Assembly: GCA_039588275.1 (NCBI GenBank)
Contig: JBDHAC010000004.1
Location: 1-64,000 of the forward strand
Reading direction: 5' to 3'
From: Gemmatimonadota bacterium
GTDB lineage: Bacteria > Gemmatimonadota > Gemmatimonadetes > Palauibacterales > Palauibacteraceae
Length of the DNA: 64,000 nt
Part shown: one piece after another, positions 1 through 8,625 of the stretch
How the letters are laid out: each line of letters starts with the position of its first letter
Numbering within the stretch: position 1 is the stretch's first letter
The notes under the pieces: model-generated
The model's input: the letters and a program-made list of their open reading frames with translations, nothing else
What the model was told of the DNA's origin: nothing
Database searches by the model: none
Position numbers and translations under genes: made by a program

Positions 1-99
1 AGTACCGCTTCAACCACCGGAGCCTCAAGCCGACCGACTTCGCCGACCATCTTGTGCAGGTGATGGTCTCACCCAATGGTCCGTGAAACGTCAAATGCC
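1..99 (+). mobile_element. Probable 3' end of an IS1595-family transposase plus candidate right terminal inverted repeat (truncated by window edge)
   Basis: Reading from base 3 gives YRFNHRSLKPTDFADHLVQVMVSPNGP* (TGA 84-86); bases 1-2 (AG) are compatible with a preceding Glu codon. E-x-R-F-N-x-R is the C-terminal signature of IS1595/ISXO2-like transposases. Bases 89-99 read GGCATTTGACG on the minus strand, resembling an IS1595-family end. Only 27 codons are visible. Confidence 0.45.
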
Positions 100-211
100 C
101 TCAGCTGAAACGTCGCACGGGGGTCCGCGCGTACGCCGGCCGTTTCGGCATCAGCCGGAACCCCGTGCTGTCCTACACGTGCGGTACCCTCGTGCCTTTG
201 AGGAGGCGAAC

Positions 212-583
212 ATGATTGCCAGGACGTGGCGAGGCGCTACCTCTTCGGAAGACGCCGAGGCCTACCACGAGTACCTGAACGAAACCGGAGTTCGCGCCTG
301 CGAGGAGACTCCCGGGAACCGGGGGGTCTACGTGCTCCGACGAGTCGTGGAGACACGAGCGGAATTCCTCTTCGTGTCGCTGTGGGATTCGATGGATGCC
401 GTAACTAGATTCGCGGGTGCGGATGCGCGAGCCGTGTTCTACCCTGAGGACGAACGGTACCTGATTGACTTTGATCCAGATGTAACGCACTACGAAGTAC
501 TGGTGCCCCCGCCGCGGAACGGCGAAGCGACGTCAGATAGCAGGTCAGCGAGCGGCTCGTGGCTCAGGCCGTCGAAGCGTTGA
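212..583 (+). CDS. Antibiotic biosynthesis monooxygenase (ABM)-like dimeric alpha/beta-barrel protein
   Basis: ATG 212 follows AGGAGG (201-206). MIARTWRG...TPGNRGVYVLRR...FLFVSLWDSMDAVTRFAG...AVFYPEDERYL is typical of this small family. Confidence 0.8.
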   Translation: MIARTWRGATSSEDAEAYHEYLNETGVRACEETPGNRGVYVLRRVVETRAEFLFVSLWDSMDAVTRFAGADARAVFYPEDERYLIDFDPDVTHYEVLVPPPRNGEATSDSRSASGSWLRPSKR

Positions 584-596
584 GGAATCGGTACCC

Positions 597-1805
597 ATGC
601 TGAAGACCCTCCGTTCGGTCATGCGTTTCCGGAGGTTCGAATCGGACCCGGTGGTTCGGCGGCTGTCGAGATGCGCGAACGTCGAGGATCTGCGTCGGGT
701 CGCTGAGCGTCGATTGCCCAAAGGGGTCTTCGGGTACATCGACGGCGGGGCGGAGGACGAGCGCACGCTGGAGCGTAATCGCTCGGCCTTCGAACGACTC
801 GAGTTTCGGCCGCGTGTGCTGCGGGACGTAGGCGAGGTCGATCCGAGCACCACGCTCCTCGGTCGTAGGCTGCCGTTTCCGCTGATCCTCGCGCCCACGG
901 GCTTCGGCCGTATCGCCTGTTCGGGAGGCGAGCTCGATGTGGCGCGGGCGGCGGCGCGCGCCGATATCCCCTACACCCTGTCCACCCTCGGTACGCGCTC
1001 GATCGAAGAGGTGGCCGATGTAAGCGCGGGGCCCAAGTGGTTCCAGGTCTACGTGTGGCGGGACCGGGGGCTGGTGAAGGAACTGGTGGAGCGCTCGGCG
1101 GCCGCGGGCTACGAGGCGGTGATCCTCACGGTGGACAACCCGGTGCTCGGGCGTCGCGAGCGCGACGTGCGCTCGGGCTTCACGCTTCCTCCGAAGCTGG
1201 GTTTGGATACGCTGATCGACGGGATCCTCCACCCGGGCTGGACGTGGGACTTCGTCCGGGCGGAGCCGATCGTATTCGCGAACGTGGCCGGTCGAGGCGT
1301 GGGTGACGGGACCGATGCGATCTCGCTCTCCGAGTACGTGAACACCCAGTTCGATCCGGGCCTCTCCTGGAAGGACGTCGAGTGGCTGCGCTCGGTCTGG
1401 GACGGTCCGCTGATCCTGAAGGGCATCCAGACGGTCGAGGACGCCGAGCTCGCTGCGGACGCAGGCGTCCAGGCGATCGCGCTGTCGAACCACGGCGGCC
1501 GGCAGTTGGATCACGCACCTCCCCCGCTCGAGCTCGTCGCTCCCGTGGTCGAGCGCGTGGGGGACCGGGTCGAGGTGATCTGCGATGGGGGTGTTCGCCG
1601 CGGCGGCGACATCGCCAAGGCCCTCGCGCTGGGGGCGCACGCGTGTATGGCCGGTCGCGCCTACTTCTATGGACTCGGGGCCGGCGGCGAACGCGGAGTG
1701 GACCTCGTGCTCCAGTGGTTCGATGAAGGACTGCGCCGCGCGATGGCCCTGATCGGGGCGCGCACGGTAGCCGAGCTGACCCCAGAGCTCGTGCGATGGC
1801 GCTAG
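597..1805 (+). CDS. lldD: FMN-dependent alpha-hydroxy-acid oxidase/dehydrogenase (L-lactate dehydrogenase-like)
   Basis: Motifs YIDGGAEDE, FRPRVLRDV, LAPTG, TVDNPVLGRRERD, LKGIQT, SNHGGRQLD, DGGVRRGGDIAKALALGA, GRAY. Confidence 0.9.
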   Translation: MLKTLRSVMRFRRFESDPVVRRLSRCANVEDLRRVAERRLPKGVFGYIDGGAEDERTLERNRSAFERLEFRPRVLRDVGEVDPSTTLLGRRLPFPLILAPTGFGRIACSGGELDVARAAARADIPYTLSTLGTRSIEEVADVSAGPKWFQVYVWRDRGLVKELVERSAAAGYEAVILTVDNPVLGRRERDVRSGFTLPPKLGLDTLIDGILHPGWTWDFVRAEPIVFANVAGRGVGDGTDAISLSEYVNTQFDPGLSWKDVEWLRSVWDGPLILKGIQTVEDAELAADAGVQAIALSNHGGRQLDHAPPPLELVAPVVERVGDRVEVICDGGVRRGGDIAKALALGAHACMAGRAYFYGLGAGGERGVDLVLQWFDEGLRRAMALIGARTVAELTPELVRWR

Positions 1806-2689
1806 CCAGGCGGTGTTCCTTCGCTCCACGCGTCGCCCTCTTGGCGGCTCTCGCGGTGGGCCTCTTCCTCGGCCTCGGCTCATTGGCGTTGGCGCAAGAC
1901 CCACCCGGTTGGGTGTCCGCTTTGGATTACCGGCCCGAAGAGCTGCACCGGATCGACATCGGTGCGTACGGCTACCCGTTCGTCAGGGTCGAGGTCAACG
2001 GCGTGGAGCTGGAGCTGCCCTTCGACACGGGGAACATGGTCGGTCTCAGCCTGGCTCCCGATTTGGTCGAGAGACTGGCACTTCCACGAATCGATGAGTG
2101 GCGCAGCCGAGCCTCTGACGGGACGCTGCGAGGCACGTACGGGATCCATGAGGCGGACCGTGTGGTCGCCTTCGGCATCGAGACGACAGGGGAGCGCGCT
2201 TACGAGTTCGCGCACCCGGATCTCCCCGGATTGCTGGGGCCACAACTACTACGTGATAAACGGTTTACGCTGGATTACCGAAACCGATTACTCGCAATCA
2301 CGGATCGTCCGCTGCCGAGGCCGGAGAAGCTGGCTGGAGCTCTGGATCTCGTGCCTTCCTCGCACCGCGAAGACCTCCTGCTCGTGTGGGGAGAGATCGG
2401 CGGCCGCCGCGTCCTCATACAGATCGACACGGGCAAGAGTCGCTCGACCGTCGATCCCGAGGTCGCGAGCGACCTCGGCCTCACGGAAACCGAGACCGGT
2501 GTCGTCGTGGACGGGCTGCGCTTCGGGGGGCATGAGTTCTCCGTGCCTTCCGCGAAGCTCGTCGTCCTCCGTGAGATCGACCCGGATCGCTCCGAGCCGA
2601 TCCTCGTCGGGATCGGATCCGACATTCTCCGTGATGTCGTGCTGACCGTGGACCGGATCGGCGGTCGGCTGATTGTGCAGGGACACTGA
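1796..2689 (+). CDS. Secreted two-domain retropepsin-like aspartyl protease
   Basis: Signal peptide ending ALA-Q. Two catalytic-type motifs, PFDTG and QIDTG, each later followed by a hydrophobic-Gly motif (GLLG, VGIG). Confidence 0.75.
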   Translation: MALARRCSFAPRVALLAALAVGLFLGLGSLALAQDPPGWVSALDYRPEELHRIDIGAYGYPFVRVEVNGVELELPFDTGNMVGLSLAPDLVERLALPRIDEWRSRASDGTLRGTYGIHEADRVVAFGIETTGERAYEFAHPDLPGLLGPQLLRDKRFTLDYRNRLLAITDRPLPRPEKLAGALDLVPSSHREDLLLVWGEIGGRRVLIQIDTGKSRSTVDPEVASDLGLTETETGVVVDGLRFGGHEFSVPSAKLVVLREIDPDRSEPILVGIGSDILRDVVLTVDRIGGRLIVQGH

Positions 2690-2699
2690 GGTTCGCGGG

Positions 2700-3128
2700 A
2701 TGAGCACCGTCATTTTGTTGGCGCACGGGCTCGTGGGTTGGGCGCTGTGCGGCGCGATCATAGCCGCGGCGCGGAAGCGGACCACGTTGAGCCGGGCGCT
2801 CCTGATCCACGCGGTCGGTGCGCCGATCGTCTTCGCGCTCCTCTCGGTTCTGTACTTCAGCGTCTTCCACTACACCTCGCCGCTGACGACGGCGGGTGTG
2901 TTCGTCGGTGTGATCGTGCTGATGGACGCGGGCGTGGTGGCGCCGTTCATGGAGAACAGCTTCGACATGTTCCGGAGCGTCCTCGGAACGTGGGTTCCGT
3001 TCGGGCTGATCTTCGCGGCGGTTTATCTGACGGGCGTGTCGCTCGTCGGGTGGCTTTCATGTCGGATCGTGACGGGGACGAGGCCGTCTTCACGATGCGA
3101 GCGGACGGCACGCGAGTGGAGCGGCTGA
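2700..3128 (+). CDS. Small integral membrane protein (about 4 TM), hypothetical
   Basis: ATG 2700; four hydrophobic segments; SFDMFRSVLGTWVPFGLIF. The C-terminal ~20 aa look like read-through into foreign sequence. Confidence 0.7.
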   Translation: MSTVILLAHGLVGWALCGAIIAAARKRTTLSRALLIHAVGAPIVFALLSVLYFSVFHYTSPLTTAGVFVGVIVLMDAGVVAPFMENSFDMFRSVLGTWVPFGLIFAAVYLTGVSLVGWLSCRIVTGTRPSSRCERTAREWSG

Positions 3129-3166
3129 CCCGGCCCGCCCAGGATGAATCTGGCGGGCCGGGCTGA
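3047..3166 (+). pseudogene. Remnant 3' end of a TolB/PD40 beta-propeller gene
   Basis: Alternative frame reads RVAFMSDRDGDEAVFTMRADGTRVERLT...*, matching the PD40/TolB repeat pattern (IAFxSDRDGxxxIYxMxADGxxxxRLT). There is no plausible upstream gene body. Confidence 0.55.
3129..3162. terminator. GC-rich hairpin between convergent genes
   Basis: CCCGGCCCGCC (3129-3139) and GGCGGGCCGGG (3152-3162) form an 11-bp inverted repeat; no clear U-tract. Confidence 0.4.
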
Positions 3167-3189
3167 CGCCCCCGCGTCTTCCTCTCGAG

Positions 3190-4089
3190 TCAGTTCAAGA
3201 ACTCACGCATGCGATCGAAGAACTCGTCCTCGTACTCCTGCAGGCCGATCCCGAGCCTGTTCTCCAACGAGGTGGCGAACGGGATCCCATTCCCGCCGTT
3301 GATGAGGACATCTCTGACACTCGGCTTCGTGTTGCCGAGGCCCGCTGGATCTAGCAGATACGTGACGGCGAGCTCGAACATCGGGTAGTAGTAGTAGAAG
3401 CCGATCATTTCGACGTCGGGATAATCGTATCGGTGCATCGCGATCGGGTTCAGCTCCCCATAGGTGGCGACCAGCTCGTCCAGCTTCACGAGGCTTGTAA
3501 CACGGCCTCCCGCGGTCCCCCCCGCCACGTATTCCGCGATCCCCTCGGTCAACCAGACGTCCACCAGGTGAGGGTTGTCGGAGCCCTTGAGCAGGCCCTC
3601 GACTGCGTGCATGAGCTCGTGCGTCACCACCCGCGTGTAATTATCCAGCTCGGTGCCCCCGATCTGCGTTCGCCACTCGTGGTCCAACGAGAAGATCATC
3701 AGGCCGCCGTAGTAGCCCCACCCGCCCCAATCCTGCGGGCTGTGGTTCTTGTACGCATAGATGTGGAGCTTCGACTGCCCGGCCGGGAAGCGGAACATCG
3801 TCTCTGGGTCGATCTCGAAGTCGGCCTTCAGGACGACCAGGAGCTCCTCGCCGATCTCGGCGAGCTTCTGGCGTGCCTCGAGGCTGGCCGCGTCGCTGTA
3901 CACGACGAAATTCTGGCTCTCGTACGGCTTCCCATCGTGAGGCCACTTGAACCCCGTTCGGTACCAGGATCCGCTGTCCACCATGCCGGGTGGGAGACCG
4001 CCTCCGTCGGGACCGGTGGCATCACCGCATCCCCCGATAAGCACCAACAACGCCAGCAGTATGAATCGTCTATGTCGCATCGCTCTCAT
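3190..4089 (-). CDS. Lipoprotein, gluzincin-type zinc metallopeptidase (peptidase MA-like)
   Basis: Basic N-terminus, hydrophobic stretch and lipobox LIGG-C; HELMH followed by WLTEGIAEY (HExxH + EGxA gluzincin signature). Confidence 0.75.
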   Translation of the reverse strand: MRAMRHRRFILLALLVLIGGCGDATGPDGGGLPPGMVDSGSWYRTGFKWPHDGKPYESQNFVVYSDAASLEARQKLAEIGEELLVVLKADFEIDPETMFRFPAGQSKLHIYAYKNHSPQDWGGWGYYGGLMIFSLDHEWRTQIGGTELDNYTRVVTHELMHAVEGLLKGSDNPHLVDVWLTEGIAEYVAGGTAGGRVTSLVKLDELVATYGELNPIAMHRYDYPDVEMIGFYYYYPMFELAVTYLLDPAGLGNTKPSVRDVLINGGNGIPFATSLENRLGIGLQEYEDEFFDRMREFLN

Positions 4090-4406
4090 CCCCTCGTTCG
4101 TTCTTGGGCCTGCGTTCGTCTCCGGCCTGCGGGCGATCGGGAGCCCCAGGGCGCTTCCCCTGTTGCCCGCGCCTACGTTCTGAACGAGAGGGTAGTCGAG
4201 ATGCGTCTCACTGCCGTCTGTCTGAGCGTCATGTGGCGCATGACGGCGCGTGGCGTTGTCGCGATCGGTGTGTGACGGTGGGCGAGCTGGTTGCTGGGGA
4301 GCGGTGAGTGGCTGTCGGAGTGACTGCGGGTCTTCGGAGCACTCCTTCCCGGGCTTCCGTATACTAGAGAGACAGCAGGGCCCAATCCTCAGGGGGAGGT
4401 CGAGGT

Positions 4407-5081
4407 ATGGCCGCGCCGCGTCCCAGCGCTTCGGCGCGTTTTCGGGCTGCGTATCCGCGAGTTCTCGCGGTGGGCGCCGGAATCTCGGTCGCCGCGCATG
4501 CGGGGCTGGTCATAGTCGCGAGCGGGGTCGGCGTCCGACTGCCGGAACCCTCCGGGGCGCTAGCGGCGCCGCGCGTGGTGATGTTGGCGCCTGCTCCTCT
4601 GGACGCGCCCCCGGCTGTACAGATCGCACCGCCGGCGACTCCGGTCGTCAGGCCTCCCGCCCCCGAAGCCGAGCCGGTGCCGGTGCGGGAGGCGCCCGAG
4701 CCGGAAGCCCCCGAGCCCATGTACATTCCGCACGACGTGCCCCCGCGACTCATGAACCTCGATCAGGTGCTCTCGGCCCTGCGCGACGGATATCCCGAAG
4801 ATCTCCCTGAAGAGGCGGGAGAGAGCGTGGTCATCCTGTGGCTGTTCGTGGATGGCGCGGGACGGATCACGCATGTGAGGCTCCGGCAGTCGAGTGGGTA
4901 CCAGCCGCTGGACCAACTCGCGCAGGATGTGGCGCCCATGATGGCGTATCGGCCGGCCCTCCACCTCGACGAGCCGATCGGCGTGTGGGTCCAGCAGCAG
5001 ATCCGCTTCGAGCCCCCCACATCGGGCGCCGGGCAAAGTGAACAGCCACCGCGCGTCACGGGAGCCGGATCGGGCGTCTAG
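4407..5081 (+). CDS. tonB: TonB family energy transducer
   Basis: TM anchor with SxxxH (ISVAAHAG), Pro/Glu-rich linker, and TonB C-domain (YPEDL...GESVVILWLFVDGAGRI...QSSGYQPLD...YRPA...IGVWVQQQIRF). Confidence 0.8.
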   Translation: MAAPRPSASARFRAAYPRVLAVGAGISVAAHAGLVIVASGVGVRLPEPSGALAAPRVVMLAPAPLDAPPAVQIAPPATPVVRPPAPEAEPVPVREAPEPEAPEPMYIPHDVPPRLMNLDQVLSALRDGYPEDLPEEAGESVVILWLFVDGAGRITHVRLRQSSGYQPLDQLAQDVAPMMAYRPALHLDEPIGVWVQQQIRFEPPTSGAGQSEQPPRVTGAGSGV

Positions 5082-5208
5082 CTCACGCATTGCGGCGCGG
5101 CGCACCGCTGTACATCCTCTATTCCATCGATACTTGCCGCAGGACTGACGGTCTGACCTCAGCGCGGTCTTGATTGCCTATCAGTTGATCCTTCGTTTGG
5201 AGAGTATC

Positions 5209-8200
5209 ATGCTCGTCGATCGCTGCCGGCGCTCGCTTCTCGCGTTCGTGCTCCTCCCTTTCTGTTCATCACTGCTGGCGCAGGAGGGCCCGGAGCCCGG
5301 GAAAGGCCTCCCGCTCGAGCCCGCCCGCTGGGCCAACTTCACGACCAGCGAAGGGACGTGGATGTCGCTGGACGTGAGTCCCGACGGCCAGACGATCGCC
5401 TTCGATCTGCTGGGCGACCTGTACACGATCCCGATCGAGGGAGGCACGGCCACCCGGATCACGCACGGTCTGGAGCACGACATGCAGCCGCGCTTCAGCC
5501 CGGACGGCGAGCACGTCGTCTTCATCTCGGACCGGAGCGGTGACGACAACGTGTGGATCGCCGGCGCGGACGGGAGCGACCCGAGACAGGTCACCAAGGA
5601 TGGAGGAGTCGTAAGCAACTTCCTCTCTCCGGAGTGGACGCCCGACGGCAACTACATCGTTGTCGCGCGTGGCACGCTCGCCGGCGGGCTCGAGAAGCTG
5701 TGGCTCTACCACAAGGACGGCGGAGTGGGGATCGAGCTGACTCCGGCATCACGGGGGTTCCGGTTCCAGGGCCCCGCGTTCGGTTCCAACGAGCGCTACG
5801 TGTGGTATGCGCAGCGGAACAGCTCGTGGCAGTACAACTCGGTCTTCCCGCAGTACCAGATCGGCGTCTACGATCGCGACACCGGGACCCGCACCACGAT
5901 GAGCTCGCGGTACGGGTCGGCGTTCCGTCCGGCGCTGTCGCCCGACGGCCGATGGCTCACGTACGGCACCCGCCACGACACCGAGACGGGCCTGGTGTTG
6001 CGCGAGCTGGCCACGGGGGAGGAGCGCTGGCTCGCCTACCCGATCCAGCGCGACGAACAGGAGTCGGTGGCCAACATGGACGTGCTCCCCGGCTACTCCT
6101 TCACCCCGGATTCGCGCGCGGTCGTGATCTCGTACGGCGGGGGAATGTGGCGCGTGCCGATCGACGGGTCGGACGCGACCGAGATCCCGTTCACGGTGAA
6201 CGCGGAGGTGGCGGTCGGTCCGGAGGTCGAGTTCGAGTATCCGATCGAGGACGGCCCCACATTCACCGCGCGGCAGATCCGAGACGCGAAGCCCTCGCCC
6301 GATGGCAGCCGGATCGCGTTCAGCGCGCTGGACCGGCTGTACGTGGTGGACCTGCCCGACGGCACTCCGCGACGGTTGACGAGCGATAACGTGGGCGAGT
6401 TCCACCCGGCCTGGTCGCCGGACGGATCCTCGATCGCGTACGTGACGTGGAATGATGCCGAAGGCCACCTCATGCGGGTCTCGTCGACTGGCGGGGCGCC
6501 GCAGCGCGTCTCGGCGGCCACGGCCTACTACCAGATGCCGGCCTGGTCTCCGGATGGCAACCGGATCGTCGCCATGCGGGCCGACGCGCGGAACCTGCAC
6601 GAGTCGATCGATCCCTTCGTGTTCGATGGGCTCGGGGCCGAGTTGGTGTGGTTCCCGGCGGCGGGCGGGGACGCGACGGTGATCGGACCGACGGCCGGCC
6701 GAGCGGCCCCGCACTTCACGGCCGATCCGGACCGCATTTACACCTACGGCTTCGTGCCAGCGGCTGGCGGGCAACCCGCGACGGCTGCCCTGGTATCGAC
6801 CCGTTGGGACGACAGCGACCTCAAGCAGCACCTGCGCGTCACGTGGCGGCTGCCGCTCATGGCGCGCGGCTGGGAGCTATCGCCCACCTCGGACATCATC
6901 ATGCCGCGCGACTTCGAGCGCGAAGCGAGGGAACGGCGCGAGGCGGGGGTTCGCGAGGGCAGCGCCCCCGAGTTCCCGGTCGACTTCGTGATGATGGCTC
7001 CGCGGGGCGATCTCGCGCTCGCACAGGTCAACAACGACGTGTACACGATCACCGTCCCCAAGACCGGGGGACCCGTGCCGACGGTGCTGGTCAGCAAGCC
7101 GGACAGCGCCCAGATGCCGGTCCGGAAGCTGACCGACATCGGAGGCGAGTTCCCCGCCTGGGGGGCGGACGGCCGCACGGTCCACTGGTCGATCGGAAAC
7201 GCCTTCGTGACGTATGACCTCGACCGAGCAGAGGCGGTCGACGACAGCCTGCGTCGGGCGGGGGCCGATTCGGTCGCGCTGCGCGAGGGGACGTACCGGC
7301 CCGAGGAGCGGCGGATCAGGATCGACGTGCCGCGCGACGTCCCGCGGGGAACCGTGGTGCTCCGCGGCGCCCGCGTCATCACCATGCGCGATGACGAGGT
7401 CATCGATAACGCCGACGTCGTGGTCGTGGACAACCGCGTCTCTAGCGTCGGTCCGACCGGCAGCGCCCCCACGAACGCGACCGTGATCGACGTGTCGGGG
7501 ACCACGATCATCCCCGGCTTCGTGGATACGCACTCCCACATGTGGAATCTGTGGGGGCTCCACTGGACACGGCCTTGGATCTACCTGGCCAACCTGGCCT
7601 ACGGGGTCACCACAACGCGCGATCCGCAGACCGCGACCACCGACGTGTTGACCTATGCCGACCTCGTCGATACGGGCCGCATGCCGGGGCCGCGGGTGTA
7701 CTCGACCGGGCCCGGCGTGTTCTGGATCGAGGCGATCCGCGACCTCGACCACGCACGCGAAGTCCTGCGGCGGTACAGCGACTACTACGACACCAAGACC
7801 TTCAAGATGTACATGTCGGGCAACCGCCGGCAGCGACAGCTACTGATCATGGCATCGCGGGAGCTCGAGCTGATGCCGACCACCGAGGGCGGGCTCGACT
7901 ACCGCCTCAACATGACGCACGCGATGGACGGGTACCCGGGGATCGAGCACACGATGCCGATCATCCCGGCCTACCGGGACGTGATCGAGCTGTTCAAGAC
8001 CTCGGGCACGGTCAACTCACCCACGCTGCTCGTGACGTACGGCGGTCCGTGGGCCGAGAACTACTTCTACACCCACGAAGATCTGGTGGGGGATGAGAAG
8101 CTGGCTCACTTCACCCCCAAGGGGGAGCTCGACCAAAAGATCCGGCGCCGCAATCCCGGCCCGGGCCCCGGGGGGTGGTTCATGGAAGACGAATACGTGT

Positions 8201-8625
8201 TCGACAAGCACTCGGCCTGGCTCAAGGATCTGGTCGAGGCTGGAGGACGCACGGGGGTCGGGAGCCACGGCCAGCTCCAGGGCTTGGGCTTCCATTGGGA
8301 GCTGTGGGCGCTCCAGAGTGGGGGGATGAGCGAGCACGACGCGCTCCGCGCAGCGACGATCATGGGCGCCGAGGCGATCGGACTGGGCAGAGACGTGGGG
8401 ACGGTCGAGGCTGGCAAGCTGGCCGATCTGATCGTGCTCGAGTCGAATCCCCTCGACGACATTCGCAACACCAACACCATCCGCTACGTGATGAAGAACG
8501 GCCGCCTGTACGACGGCGACACGCTGGATGAGCGCTGGCCCCGGCAGCTCACCGCCGCCGACGAGCCATGGAGGCACACGGCGCCTGTCGGCCAAGCGGC
8601 TCGTCAGGGAGGAGGTGTCCGATGA
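5209..8625 (+). CDS. Secreted PD40/TolB beta-propeller + amidohydrolase protein (paralog 1)
   Basis: Signal peptide; EGTWMSLDVSPDG and many SPDG/TPDG repeats; amidohydrolase motifs IPGFVDTHSH, GVTTTRDP, GSHGQLQG, GTVEAGKLADLIVL, VMKNG. ATG 5209 is preceded by GGAG. Confidence 0.9.
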   Translation: MLVDRCRRSLLAFVLLPFCSSLLAQEGPEPGKGLPLEPARWANFTTSEGTWMSLDVSPDGQTIAFDLLGDLYTIPIEGGTATRITHGLEHDMQPRFSPDGEHVVFISDRSGDDNVWIAGADGSDPRQVTKDGGVVSNFLSPEWTPDGNYIVVARGTLAGGLEKLWLYHKDGGVGIELTPASRGFRFQGPAFGSNERYVWYAQRNSSWQYNSVFPQYQIGVYDRDTGTRTTMSSRYGSAFRPALSPDGRWLTYGTRHDTETGLVLRELATGEERWLAYPIQRDEQESVANMDVLPGYSFTPDSRAVVISYGGGMWRVPIDGSDATEIPFTVNAEVAVGPEVEFEYPIEDGPTFTARQIRDAKPSPDGSRIAFSALDRLYVVDLPDGTPRRLTSDNVGEFHPAWSPDGSSIAYVTWNDAEGHLMRVSSTGGAPQRVSAATAYYQMPAWSPDGNRIVAMRADARNLHESIDPFVFDGLGAELVWFPAAGGDATVIGPTAGRAAPHFTADPDRIYTYGFVPAAGGQPATAALVSTRWDDSDLKQHLRVTWRLPLMARGWELSPTSDIIMPRDFEREARERREAGVREGSAPEFPVDFVMMAPRGDLALAQVNNDVYTITVPKTGGPVPTVLVSKPDSAQMPVRKLTDIGGEFPAWGADGRTVHWSIGNAFVTYDLDRAEAVDDSLRRAGADSVALREGTYRPEERRIRIDVPRDVPRGTVVLRGARVITMRDDEVIDNADVVVVDNRVSSVGPTGSAPTNATVIDVSGTTIIPGFVDTHSHMWNLWGLHWTRPWIYLANLAYGVTTTRDPQTATTDVLTYADLVDTGRMPGPRVYSTGPGVFWIEAIRDLDHAREVLRRYSDYYDTKTFKMYMSGNRRQRQLLIMASRELELMPTTEGGLDYRLNMTHAMDGYPGIEHTMPIIPAYRDVIELFKTSGTVNSPTLLVTYGGPWAENYFYTHEDLVGDEKLAHFTPKGELDQKIRRRNPGPGPGGWFMEDEYVFDKHSAWLKDLVEAGGRTGVGSHGQLQGLGFHWELWALQSGGMSEHDALRAATIMGAEAIGLGRDVGTVEAGKLADLIVLESNPLDDIRNTNTIRYVMKNGRLYDGDTLDERWPRQLTAADEPWRHTAPVGQAARQGGGVR

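Noticed and set aside
2240..2300. Locally AT-rich patch inside the aspartyl protease gene
   Set aside because: It is in frame and encodes the expected FTLDY strand of the fold; too short to support an insertion.
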